This document shows positions 54,701 to 58,656 of a stretch of 64,000 nucleotides of DNA, piece after piece. Made by a program: the position numbers and the translations under genes. Below the pieces are notes generated by a model. It searched no databases. It had not been told where the DNA came from and worked only from the letters and a program-made list of their open reading frames with translations. The number at the start of each line of letters is the position of its first letter. Position 1 is the first letter of the stretch. The stretch comes from Candidatus Parcubacteria bacterium (lineage in GTDB: Bacteria > Patescibacteriota > Minisyncoccia > Phycocordibacterales > UBA918), in the NCBI GenBank assembly GCA_046050355.1, contig JBJOPW010000001.1:67858-131857 (forward strand). The letters run 5' to 3'.

Positions 54701-56121
54701 TCATCGTAGTATTTGATATCAAACAGGGCTGGAATCTCAGTCCCGTCGGGATTCTTGATACTCACCCGATCCACGGCAAAGGTATTCTCAGCAAAGATAG
54801 AACGGAAGATGCGATTGAAGAAACCTTGCTGTGGATCGTACGACAAGGTAAACATCGGTGACTTACCAAGAACTTGGTCCAAGTCAGCATTCACAAGTTC
54901 ATTGAGACTTGGTGCCTTCAGATCTCGTTCGTAGCCAATGGCATCGGTTGGCTTTTCAAAGTCTGATGATTCGTAAAAGCGTCCTGAGGTCACATCAAGC
55001 CATACACCATCAACAAAGACAGCTTCGGTCTCAGCTTCAATGCCTTCGTAGGCGACTTTGACCCGAAGGTTTGAGAGGTCATTACTGTATGGCGAAACAG
55101 CGAGGGCCACGAGGAAGTGGTCACCATTAAGGCTATTTGAAATCTCACCACCAACGTCAATCACGGTACCAGGGAGATACGTCGCACCCGCATCAAGTGA
55201 GTATGACACGACGAAACGCTGGATAGCACTACCAGGTTTCGCTTTGGCCGCTAGTGAGAGTCGTAGTTGTACCGTATCTAGTACCGTGCCGTTGGTGAAC
55301 TCAGGCAACGCAAAATTATCAAAGGTCAGCGACCGAGTTTTACAGCCAGCTTCGACGAGACAAGGTTCCAGGCCAAAGAGGTCAGTGGTGGTAGTACCAA
55401 CTGCAGCAGGTGATTCAGGAGTACTCGTCGTAGCCCCATCGCTAATAGTCTCAGAGGCGTCACTTGGTGAGTCACTTGCTTCCGTTGGCGTTGCTGTCGT
55501 TACCTCAGGTATCTCTGGAGTAGATGCTTCGTTTGGCGCAGAAGCTGGTTCTATGTCAGGCGCAGTTGTATCTGGTGCTACTTCCTCAACCACCGGCACC
55601 GCATCGGTGACCGGAGTCGTTTCATCAAATTGTGCGAGTGGATAGGCTACCGCCCGCATGGATGTCTCAAGCGGCGTATCACTCGGCACTGGTTCGGTTG
55701 GTGGTGTTGATTCAGTTGATGGCTCGGTAGCTGGAGTTTCAGCTGGTGGAGTATCAGTAGTAGCACCGTCTGAAGCAGCTCCATCATCTGGCGTACCGGT
55801 TGGCGGATTTTCAGTTGGCACAGCAGGAGATGGCGTTTGTGATTGTGTTGGTTCTACGTACTTGAAGTGTGCAGAATTGGCATTGGTGAAGTTTTGTAAG
55901 ATACCATCACCATCAACATCTTGAATCAAAACCTCATTCGGATTATCAAAGCCATCTGCCACTACACCTCCTGGTACAACCAGCAATTCTTCGGTCGTAT
56001 AGACCGTTCGGTCAATGTACGAGTACGCCAAAAAGCCACTGATACAGACAAATACCAGCAGAACCCGCAGAGTAAGGCGGTTTAGCTTAGGAATTACATG
56101 CGACACAACTCTAACGCCCAA
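33751..56121 (-). CDS. Giant secreted surface protein (7,456 aa): N-terminal anchor, PT-rich linker, Fn3-like modules, two 7-repeat WNGSxW arrays, three DUF2341+LamG/ConA-like modules, Gly-rich blocks, beta-helix-like repeats, WxL-like C-terminal module
   Basis: Uninterrupted 22.4-kb ORF. The track start is a TTG at 56121, with an alternative GTG at 56106. The stop lies 18 nt before the next gene start, so the two are probably co-transcribed. Confidence 0.85.
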   Translation of the reverse strand: MGVRVVSHVIPKLNRLTLRVLLVFVCISGFLAYSYIDRTVYTTEELLVVPGGVVADGFDNPNEVLIQDVDGDGILQNFTNANSAHFKYVEPTQSQTPSPAVPTENPPTGTPDDGAASDGATTDTPPAETPATEPSTESTPPTEPVPSDTPLETSMRAVAYPLAQFDETTPVTDAVPVVEEVAPDTTAPDIEPASAPNEASTPEIPEVTTATPTEASDSPSDASETISDGATTSTPESPAAVGTTTTDLFGLEPCLVEAGCKTRSLTFDNFALPEFTNGTVLDTVQLRLSLAAKAKPGSAIQRFVVSYSLDAGATYLPGTVIDVGGEISNSLNGDHFLVALAVSPYSNDLSNLRVKVAYEGIEAETEAVFVDGVWLDVTSGRFYESSDFEKPTDAIGYERDLKAPSLNELVNADLDQVLGKSPMFTLSYDPQQGFFNRIFRSIFAENTFAVDRVSIKNPDGTEIPALFDIKYYDDLTWSMQVEELPYTLAPGKYEVTVEVLENGEKFTDTFEFYWGLLAVNTKKSMYFPNEEVVLNLAALTDSGDTICDANLEMKIIDPKGAIFEVPVSQSGSCNANNVTDVPDYLATFKDTGEWGKYTIQLQHLNVSGEVVHKITDSFEVRDYIPFDITRTAPTRIYPPAPYKVELKVKANRTYTGDITERVPRGFIIEGLEGATITALPQYSLITWSNVTMNVGDERTFSYTFDAPDVSPYMYLLGPLTMDSFSELRQWQIASDALNNIGWFKGTRTVAGTNLNSVPSPMQWSTSSIDNYYYTHSTSSNSQRVTLRQSGDYFVAVNLPVQRTDANTSRTRSGIEVRKNGVAVQEGLGRSGYIENAGAQSESSSNVAFLLTDVNANDYIEVFVENLNTIDAGDTVNVSGLASLYVEYMTSSDIVFAATTTRSTATTSLNTATANALDWIETRQDTGFVHSNTVSPQNITLSATGTYMVHVNIPLTGVNHTVQTNVTGRVLINGMAVPGAQFMQGYMETAATESDGDSSIHWSGVVVASSTNSVLTVTAQQEAGGGNVVVTPGFAGSIVIEKLPTAGVIAVTGNYFNGTTGMNFNNTNASSTRFNVPLAHDTGTYTYSSTTNSHQITVGQSGDYFLMYNVAVTGATARTNNRITVTVNGATTTGAQTKSNYIRNQNGHTDASGNLVFLLEGVGAGQIVSVQSQQEATAGQVSSTTPATLMLWKKAALDFRPAAPTLQTPFDNARFASTSPYFEFTASDPDGASDIEYEFSISTSSTFATATVRVSSADAGFVNTVSGGDTAPFTEGNKIRYQLQPGDTLTDLTTYYWRVRAKDVTGSGGFGDYSTTQSFTVNAGDTVANWYQTTSGQFQTNTLFGATANDVNNNVTVNSTVSSEIMLAYGDGTNTTPRYRLWNGTSWGIEQSAIAVGGTINWVRTAAGVKRDEYILVTMDQSNATYAQVYNATSSSWGNQTLITSTVSNVTRKGIAVGYESVSGDAMVVSCSNTKDPVYRTWNGSTWSATSSITTSLVNVCNHVEIASDPTSDEMILVVRDSGAAVGNNYEALVWDGTGWISSRVLGSVQAGQELRAGIGVKYESSGDQAVIAVTNGTNNNFAYVTWLGPSLGWSSNGTQALFNDFEFGSLAADPNSDLMTLCFINDSARVGAIRWDGSVWTGTFTDFTITGNSQAGRPVDCEYETTAGRSGYILGTYSDTTNLRYRTFATSTWDAQQTVSGVGSGAGVFWVQTERAGDGTIVAISHDDAVAGDEIESTYWNGTNWSTKQSIVPNPSSIIGAPYETFEMAAKRYTFTQGIVTTQPIVFTSVPNQNTWGDLSFGSTEPFGTDVTVKLKYTNTTTCDTYIPDGALPGNSTGFDQSAMPLNLTSLSTSTYSQICLEATLTTFGSQSASLDDWSVAWLRKPKLVQSNFRWYANGSFFTPTDAWPVGGTDVNENVALSSAEAVSLNDVLRLRLSLQGANVPLATSTSAFKLQYAPGSSCSIATGWSDVGAVGSTTALWRGYANSIVGSDWYGAAWGRRIKIEVDNALVGTSSAVTDFPVYVNLDDLPAVFFDTVQSDGDDIRITTSDGITEVPYELVAIDTSADTGELHFKAPSLSTTTDTGFYIYYGNSGASGYAATATYGRNNVWNNGYQAVYHLGTNPTSAMIDSTSNGRNLTSSGMVATNSTSSKIGNGLNFDGVNDYLTNTGWSWNTATVTVTAWNNVSTAETQNSNLFSFTAAGAERFAAHAPWGDAVLYWDFGTCCSAPGRLTTNYTSYRNKWTHVGLVSHGTGGTFMGIYLDGAPIATAATSDNPNVALTGFALGSVSTAGGTYHRGRIDEFRIASVARSASWLKTEYNNQTNATGFYTVQAEELIGDGRVLPSTLLSDSNFSETYEENNPTILNRNGLLVGQKTEWDFTLQNNGATANTSYCFRLVYADGAILNTYSTYPRLITNAAPLQPTLTAPFDNRQLASTTPTFEFAAIDELGDLVSYEVVIDNDADFSSPTITRESNADFSQFTNIASPSERSQYSSGQTIQFVPNTGLTNGVTYWWRVRAKDDFGSNTYGSWSEPRSFTVNSATTLTTWFQTTGDQFNTNSLNDALANVSTNDVGINTSFTAATTTTTEIDYDNRAIGNAWGSISFNQNVTSGTIRHYVEYEVSSNNFALVPDTDLPGNSAGFASSPISIAALDTTTYNVLRITSVFSGNATLPRLLDMTVTWSLKIEPPTHLTLFDNAKTATVTPAFTFTTIDPQADDLQYEIQISTTQDFAAPTTFMSGVDAGFSNVTTPADTSPFNSGNTIRYQTQAPLTNSVTYWWRTRARDPGGSNSWSNYSTPFSFTVDTATNVSVWYQTTGEQFSTNDTVDIETTLGGAQVSSVINGVMVAYAEGTAQAPQYRTWNGSAWSAPISADTVSAQIRWTRLKAATTRPEYALGTLGTDLDINIQIYDAITESWGNIFEIVNSATESTKRRYDIAYETVSGKLMAVACLGNDAVYATWDGSSWSATSSLVLANTNDCEWVQMASDPVSNEIIAVFRHTNTGTPDYEALVWNGSSWGNSNRFGDVSANTNEGMVIEYEESGDQAVLALPNGTVNMPWKTWNGSTWSATNTVALGNVMTWGSLKRDEGTDRMMLCYMDADTDIGIVPWTGSAFGTFTELTITGNDNRGLPADCDFQTTQGTDGDVVIAYSDTVAARYQTYSFGTGTTSGEFSLDVINNSWRFQTVRGGDGTVHALAFDDGSNPDRYDTSRWNGSVWTARENFSSSPSIAAQPFDGSLTIAAQIYPNFTSASIRSTAINFADGASPRWERVRFTDTTPGLSNVLYRVYYETTPGTFALVPDSALSGNAAGFTNSPINISGLDKNIYNVLKLDAELLCDSGNCPSVQDWSVEWSEGLTISGSIFDYDQLTALASGTVAVAVNGVLQSGKTAQVAAGTSTQQVVYTAAGTSTFTVPSGVTSVTVKSWGAGGGSGASYSTNGGGAGAGGGGGFVQGNVTTIPAENLTVRVGGGGAGGTAATSTGGGGGGGYSGVFRTSTPLLVAGGGGGGGGGVTNIKYVGAGTACGVNGAACTPTIPASTAVNDLYIAVLHSRTDTAHTCTTNCTGWTEFSTQAGSAGEGRVSVWYYRRTGAAPANPTFAGPATESYTGRIWAFRGAAITGNPYDVLGTNTAVTVANTVFTGSNLSSTVPDAMVVHVGGSMDNNTWGPGGGSCNTPNAADANFYAANANGTDNSVFLCYRDNPISSAGSLGAPTMTQATLGADVGRYFTFALRPQATDGLVLGNGGAGGGLTGETGSTTAASGGGGGGTQVAGGAIGGSNATVGAAYQGGLGAGTAGGVGAGGAGGIGGGGTGGSGSTTAILAGGGGGGAGYYGGGGGANASDFYTHNPGAGGGGGSSYTALTGVSATSTISGSGTQAANTADPDYSAGVGVGAAAVTSITNGSSGGNGKVVVTWSTVASAGTWSIPNVSAVAGDVITVFIQNASGTDEAVAVTVYDGSGDITGMQLSKRHLTIGSNDGTTVTNANLALYANAANEDIFYSASGGSTISLCAESTCSDARLRVLSGATYAPGADTSVINFQNNGTFAPATSTFRISNVWDNQSTFTVGQSTIIFTATTSTQTPQNASSSLAFYNVTFGESSGNATFTLTKPLITYGNLTVNYGTLARGTTTLNIGGNLSLGANGTFSGLGTTTFDGTGSSLWGDAKAANLSTNIGNVVIDGTAKTITLSGNVGSESLTIGNDDTLNASGSGFNINVLRHWTNNNAFVPQSGTVSFIGTSTGVIARGTSAFNNLSFTGVGGNWSFSTSTLALNGTLTIATGTVTLPTGTTTIGGSFLNTGGQFAHNNGEVRMTSSVAGRSITTSGTPFLNNFYDLVFTGAGGWTFTGAATTTRDMRITAGTVTMPTTTLAVGGDFVTTGSGAFAHNNGEVILLVQDADTLSTNGSSFNNLRVRGAASGWYNDSWSARKKITIQGSKVMGSMTNFPVYLNLADLGDDFFTGITTGGADIRITASDGVTEVPLEVVSVSTSTKRGEVYFRAPSLATSTSADFYVYYGNSGATAYASTSAFGAQNVWTNGYQAVYHLDSDPAGITVDSTRFDRRLSQVGAMDATDVVAGVLGNAIDFDGVNDYLTNAAFAWVNASNTITVTAWNNVTTAETKAANLFGFTESGGQRVATHGPWSDAILYWDFGAAGVPGRVSSSYASYRNKWTHIGLVSPGAGGGNMSIYFDGAFITSSTASDPNVTLTGFSLGSLGASQYHDGRIDEFRLASVVRDAGWLGTEFNNQSTSTSFYSTSTAEARFARVFTDTNTTILGNYIADAGASATFPSGILSVGGSFDNNGAFSANNGTVRFNSTAGSETIAVGSSTFATLEFNGAGGDFTVTESATATVAINLTNATQFTLQSGLSLTASGTFSQTMSGTSTTWTGSLLRFIGTDHSMHTKSFGGDVYGTLQVANDADIAMWNSSATTYITSDTGSIYSQDHAAVDGDLNIYGNYIRSTGTEHWAYATDFDGTVLGSPRQVDVRVASGSSVGFTAASLNFTGTSSASTTIAALTGSFSLNATNSIVTARYFSVASTGSAGFGLLSSTTLSQFDDGYIDVTPGTSGLRIDGTTVSTNPAKQLLRVAFATTTAGTGANVTFTGTSTSFVWFKEGSGNLYGEAFDSGDANPGAIRFDDSSYLITVSGRVLTSDGGASLGAPVCDGVTPNVRVVVNSGSYTAQTSCNVTTGAYSFSNVAFIGDPKITVYLNTNGGVSGAAVTKTPTSDITNLDVYAYQLITRHEGAVPLSIADLTLFDTASDTDMRFSATTTPSTSLTVLSNNGLFVWASTTFTPGGPVTLAGNASSSAFEGSLTLATSSQFIAAGTDTHSLAGRLVVGQNATITAASSTFVFTATTTGKSITAATTQNFHNLSFTGVGGAWNIGAPLSLTGDMTISAGTVTGTNNISLLNGQLTGNGTLSLGSGTTTISRTNTLGGTTPWTFANLVLGNGSVAGTTTPASAATTTVSGRLTISAAHVYDVGSSPINLTGSGTVFSVSGTYRPGTGLVTYSGANATVLGTTYYDLAVGASVGSSTFTTSGVGILVNRNLTIGNGTASSTFTTNQSDPVLTVSGDVFVASASTLSLSDTATTTIAGSIDNNGTVLANGGIAAFTGSGTHTIAMGTSPLARTRINGTGSFTVSESATSTVSFTLQNHALFRVATGTTLALAGTFDNQLGGAATDFPGTLYFYGGSSIAVNQKTTADTYSTLGVASDTRIRLWNSSATTYNALGGIYSQDHNNTNGLLHVYGTFAETSASDYWSYATDFDGTALSGSERVVTVAFASGAAYNLTGGSLSVIGAAGASTSITNQGAGTYGVIIGGSGTANWNYATVRNASTSGIIFTGTPIVTDFSRVDIEVGATGGTGVTIGSTVLNNNPAKNLTNNHFATSTGVSAATNVTATGTAVSSWRFTNHTGSIDGEVYDNDPAGDPGYIVWDDSAALITVSGNVYSDEGVTVSPVCNGVTANIVLRVAGLTTYSTPCNATTGAYSIPNVAFSPADTLTVYIDNNIRKAVTVSADPISSISDMHLYENRVIVRHENTSPLSIADMAVWDSSDDGDILFTAVDAGSDTLSLPADQKLLIWTSKTFEPNGNVTLSGGGGGGAQDGTLEALANATWRAQGNETHSIAGSIIFGAGAVFTAGQSTTTLTTTGAGRTIDVNSGAFYNLYITGSGSWTVADSALTTTRSYTQSAGTVTFGSGTTTIGASFNATGGSFSMPGTGIAFVSSSTGNIVRFDDAMVPALYFTGAGGAWSMTDTNATTTGSFIISNTGTVTLPSGALAVGGSFTNASGTVTHNTADLYMTSASAASITTRGSDLFALRKTDVGTINITDASATFRDDVVIASGSLVAATNTLSVGGSFLVTGGTFSHASGTVLFNATASGKTINASTSPFYNVQFASASGGWTWQGNATTTNNLTLTTASAFTKEAGTSLSIGGVFTNLVGGGATTWTNTIISLTNSAPYTINTKTTGGDDYATLSINVADLRLWNSSVATTTTGAGASLYSQDHGVVDGALNIYGDFTVATTSEYWSYATDFDGTALTGTERAVTVRINENATTTVQSGTLSIIGGLSASTTIGNISTGTHAFIVTGGTFNAQYYRFNALNSTGLNFINTPTITNLSNGYYNLALNGGTLITLADTALNANASKIFTAVGFNAGNSWNGTNTALVGSTSNAWRFSGSYGNIGGEAFDSDGVDACGSIRFDDSGCLLTSQTSYRWRADDGGEGAPNSEWYNLSWSNRQRVRIENITATTFSTTTVKIVVPYDSAMQSDFDDLRFTRIDGVTPLDFWLDRYTASTEAVVWVEVPSLAANAYTDVFAYFGNASSTSSSSAAATFSFSDDFEDNNITEYSGDTTLFQTDTAPVFGGSYALEALNKSGRTTDGIFRTGSLTAQGQVIRYRQYVDTTTGSADEGCALFGVQTPGTNNNNYAVCLELFGTDRLSLSKNVTDNDVSGTRLASTTVTFATGWYLVEIDWQTSNRIDVYLYNAAGSIVASTTATDSSYTSGGMGFTFWVQNGAWDSYQVSGRGPINPGISFGAKQTAGGASWVAAENTLGSGLPNVTRRLRIGIENSGLDVTGQTYRLQYAAKGGAPSCEAVSSGSFAAVPNQASCGSSPVCMQVSSNVTDGEATTDLLTTSNGQFSAGAVVESPSTMTSGLSVNQDRYTELEYVITPTNNASDNYCFRVVNGSTPIDYYAKVAELGLQFDPVIGTVNLNDGFDIALLPGTTTRIYATTTITDFNGASDIKMATTTFYKTASGTSSCTPDDNNCYRVDTSNQCNLQCTGNNCNLICYADIQFFATPSDDGAAEWFAFTEVIDNSGGYDFADSLAVELLTVRSLSINSGINYGSLAPQADTGSYNATTTIANAGNVPFDIEVEGTDLSDGASSVIPANKQKFATSTFTYSGCAVCSLLSSSTPVALDVNLSKPTVPTPPVTTDIFWGIEVPFGVNSAPHSGINVFTPVSP
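35075..35940 (-). other. DUF2341-like + ConA-like module 3
   Basis: WSNRQRVRIENITATTFSTTTVKIVVPYDS...DLRFTRIDGVTPLDFWLD...VFAYFGN, then a lectin-like domain ending GFTFWVQNGAWDSYQVSG. Confidence 0.5.
36000..41870 (-). repeat. Tandem in-frame super-repeats (~2.3-2.4 kb each; 2.5 units) of beta-helix-like + YSQDH...YWSYATDFDGT + IRFDDS + Cys-pair domains
   Basis: The anchor encoding YSQDH sits at 41302-41316, 38926-38940 and 36619-36633 (spacing 2,376 and 2,307 nt). The flanking protein sequence aligns across the three units. Confidence 0.7.
41870..42860 (-). other. DUF2341-like + LamG/ConA-like module 2
   Basis: WSARKKITIQGSKVMGSMTNFPVYLNLADL...DIRITASDGVTEVPLEVV...FYVYYGN, then IDFDGVNDYLTN...RIDEFRLAS. 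Confidence 0.55.
44460..45850 (-). other. Two glycine-rich blocks (45590-45850 and 44460-44900) flanking a Cys-containing ~230-aa insert
   Basis: GGGSGASYSTNGGGAGAGGGGG...GGGGGGGGG, then ...GGAGGGLTGETGSTTAASGGGGGG...GGGGGGAGYYGGGGG. The DNA is GGN-codon rich. Confidence 0.6.
46440..47570 (-). other. WNGSxW repeat array 2 (7 units) within the giant ORF
   Basis: YRTWNGSAWSAP, ATWDGSSWSAT, ALVWNGSSWGNS, KTWNGSTWSAT, VPWTGSAFGTF, (degenerate unit), SRWNGSVWTAR. Confidence 0.5.
49130..50130 (-). other. DUF2341-like + LamG/ConA-like lectin module 1
   Basis: WGRRIKIEVDNALVGTSSAVTDFPVYVNLDDL...DIRITTSDGITEVPYELV...FYIYYGN, then LNFDGVNDYLTN...RIDEFRIAS. Confidence 0.55.
50870..52030 (-). other. 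WNGSxW repeat array 1 (7 units, propeller-like) within the giant ORF
   Basis: YRLWNGTSWG, YRTWNGSTWSAT, ALVWDGTGWISS, VTWLGPSLGWSS, IRWDGSVWTGT, YRTFATSTWDAQ, TYWNGTNWSTK. Confidence 0.5.
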
Positions 56122-56146
56122 AAGATAACTTTTGGGTTACCTATAG

Positions 56147-56181
56147 TATAACGCGCCAGTACTCGGTACTGGCGCGTTATA
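56147..56181 (-). promoter_or_regulatory. Perfect 16-bp GC-rich hairpin between the cohesin-like gene stop and the giant-gene start (terminator/attenuator/stability element candidate)
   Basis: tataacgcgccagtac-tcg-gtactggcgcgttata. No U-run follows on the minus strand, so it is not a canonical terminator. Confidence 0.45.
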
Positions 56182-56210
56182 CGAATTTTATTGTGGATTG
56201 TTTGTGCTCA

Positions 56211-57755
56211 TTAGCGCAAAATCGTCTTTACGTCATTGATTTCTTTTTCAATCAAGGTCTCAGATACTTCGAGCGCTTGGTTGAGACCCTCCACCGCTTC
56301 TTTTTCTTTCTTAGAGAGCCGTGGACGCTTCGTGATGAGGTTGATCTGATCGTAGATCTCATCACGCAAGGCGGAGAAGATTTTTTCCATTTGATCCTGA
56401 ATTTCGCGAGTTTCGCGACGGAGTTTGTCTTCGCGCAGTTTGTTCTGCTTCCGATCGTACCAAATGTAGATAAACTGCATCAAGATTGTTACCAGGAGGA
56501 GCGCAGTAAAGATATTCCTTCCGGTAAAGTAGTCCCAAATGGTGGTTTCTATCTCTACTTCGGCCGGTTTAATCCATCCAGCCGTAATCTGCACTGCTAC
56601 ACTTGATTCTTTACTGTTACCAGCCTTGTCGTAAGCCACTACCGTGACAGTGTAGGTACCGTCCTCGAGTTCCTTGAGGAGGTAACCGATTTTTGCTTCA
56701 TCCGGAGTGACTTTGATCGGTTCGTTGTCGGCAATGGTCATCTCATAGTAATCGATGCCAGATGTCGTATCGTTCGCAGCAAAGTTAAGCTGCGGGAACC
56801 CGGTTGGTGAATTTGAGACCCGAACATCAATGGTGAAGTTTTCTGGTTCGGTAGTATCAATCATGATTTTGCGATTGAGTACCGCACCCCAGCCCACCTG
56901 ATTCTTATATTTGATACTCAAGTACTGGATACCTTCAATCGCATTTTCCTTATTGAGCGCAAACTCTTTAATTGGAGGATTTGCGATCGCTGACTTAGTT
57001 AGCTCAGGCTGGTTCTCCGATGAAGTCGCAAGCATGACAGCGAGCTCATTGACATCAAATGGTATTTCCCATTCAAATAAGCCATCAGTAGTGGCGTACC
57101 AAACCTCTGGATCAAGGAAGGTTTTTGAACCAACCTCTGGCGCCCGTGGCGGATCGCCAAACACGATGGCCTCATCCCCTCCTTCTTCTTCATCTTCTGC
57201 CGCTGGGGTTGTTGGTTCAGGGGTTGGCGTAGGGGTTGGTGTTGGCGTAGTAGCCGCTGCAACTGTAAAGGAGCCATTAGTACTCTTACTGTAGACATCA
57301 GTACCACGACCATCAGCCGCCAGCACCGACGCATTGGAGACCGTGAGGGCGCCCGTCCCCGCCGCTACTGCTCGGAACGTGACACTGACAAGATTTGACT
57401 GGGCCGTAAATGGAGATGGGCTACCACCACCAAAAGTAATAGTTCCGGCACTATTTGAGTAGGTCGGTTCAGTAGTCCAGAGTGAGAACACTGATCCTGT
57501 CTTACTGACATTTACTACGGCGAGCACCGCAGGATCAAACTTAAGGGTAGCCTCAACCGCATTGACACTCTGACCACCGGGCGATACCCGCACCGACACC
57601 GTAAAAGTCTGCCCCGGTGTGTAGCTACCCGTACTCGGTGCAATCACCACATCAGCCGCGAAAGCCACTGTAGCAAACCAGACAAAAAGCCCAAACACCC
57701 CCACAAGGGTCAGGAGTTTGTATAACGTGGTGAGTATGTGTGTGCGTGAGAACAT
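56211..57755 (-). CDS. Cohesin-like surface protein with Ig-like domains, C-terminal TM and cytoplasmic coiled-coil tail (paralogue of 19478-21193)
   Basis: ADVVIAPSTGSYTPGQTFTVSVRVSPGG...LWTTEPTYSNSAGTITFGGG...VLAADGRGTDV; PT linker; TM IFTALLLVTILMQFIYIW; charged helical tail. Confidence 0.65.
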   Translation of the reverse strand: MFSRTHILTTLYKLLTLVGVFGLFVWFATVAFAADVVIAPSTGSYTPGQTFTVSVRVSPGGQSVNAVEATLKFDPAVLAVVNVSKTGSVFSLWTTEPTYSNSAGTITFGGGSPSPFTAQSNLVSVTFRAVAAGTGALTVSNASVLAADGRGTDVYSKSTNGSFTVAAATTPTPTPTPTPEPTTPAAEDEEEGGDEAIVFGDPPRAPEVGSKTFLDPEVWYATTDGLFEWEIPFDVNELAVMLATSSENQPELTKSAIANPPIKEFALNKENAIEGIQYLSIKYKNQVGWGAVLNRKIMIDTTEPENFTIDVRVSNSPTGFPQLNFAANDTTSGIDYYEMTIADNEPIKVTPDEAKIGYLLKELEDGTYTVTVVAYDKAGNSKESSVAVQITAGWIKPAEVEIETTIWDYFTGRNIFTALLLVTILMQFIYIWYDRKQNKLREDKLRRETREIQDQMEKIFSALRDEIYDQINLITKRPRLSKKEKEAVEGLNQALEVSETLIEKEINDVKTILR

Positions 57756-57780
57756 AAGAACTATCTGAATTACTACTAAA

Positions 57781-58242
57781 CTATTTTGGCCTGGTCTTAT
57801 CGGCAGTGATTTTGAGCTTGACTCGCTCTTTCTCCTCCGGCTTTAAGAGTGGCAGTATTAAAATGAGTACACCGTTTTTTATCTTTGCCTCGGCCTTTTC
57901 AATATCAACACTCTCAGGCAAGATTATCCGTCGATAAAAATCACCCCAGACACATTCTTCAGTAAAATACGAACCACGCGGTTTACTTTTAGGAAAGACA
58001 ATAAATTCCGGTCGAATGCGGCGACCTTCGATGAGGACGATATCGGCATCCCCTTCAATCGAGACGTGGACATCATTCATATCAGCACCAGCTGACTGCG
58101 CATAGATGACAATCGTCCGTTCCGTCTGATAGACATCAACATCAAGCTGCGCCACTTTGTCGACAGCAGTCTCTTCCTCACTAGACTGCAGAGTCTGGTC
58201 AGAACGAACACCTCTCCCTTTGAGACGTTGTAAAAATGACAT
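57781..58242 (-). CDS. Small heat-shock protein, Hsp20/alpha-crystallin family
   Basis: QLDVDVYQTERTIVIYAQSAGADMNDVHVSIEGD...RRIILPESVDIEKAEAKIKNGVLILILP. GAGGA SD 6 nt upstream of the ATG. Confidence 0.85.
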   Translation of the reverse strand: MSFLQRLKGRGVRSDQTLQSSEEETAVDKVAQLDVDVYQTERTIVIYAQSAGADMNDVHVSIEGDADIVLIEGRRIRPEFIVFPKSKPRGSYFTEECVWGDFYRRIILPESVDIEKAEAKIKNGVLILILPLLKPEEKERVKLKITADKTRPK

Positions 58243-58562
58243 ACCAATTCCTCTACATTATATATGTGTCAGCCTATCATGATGTAACGTTACCCACAGT
58301 AAGTTTTATATAGAAGATAGAAGATTGAATACGGAATATACAATATACGAGACAAAGACAGGCACTGCCTCTTTACACTATTCAATGTTATCAGTTCAAT
58401 CTTCCCTAGAATTTTAACTTAAAACTTTGAAAGAAAATTTTCTCAGACGAGGCGCACAAAGAAGAAAAGCGAAGGGGAGTTAAATAAGGAGCTTTTCTAA
58501 TGTAATAATGAATAAGTGAACAAATTATAAAGCTGGTGGCTCTAGAATAAAATCGTTTATGA

Positions 58563-58635
58563 CAAGGCGTCTGAACGCCAAAGAACGAGCCGTATTGCTA
58601 TACGGTGAGGATTTCGAGTGAAACACAACACAGTC
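58563..58635 (-). repeat. 3'-flank element copy L4 (hairpin CCGTAT-agca-ATACGG)
   Basis: The box (+ strand caacacag, 58626-58633) ends 23 nt after the TAG stop at 58657. Hairpin at 58590-58605. Confidence 0.65.
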
Positions 58636-58656
58636 AGAGGCGATTTTAGTCAGAGC

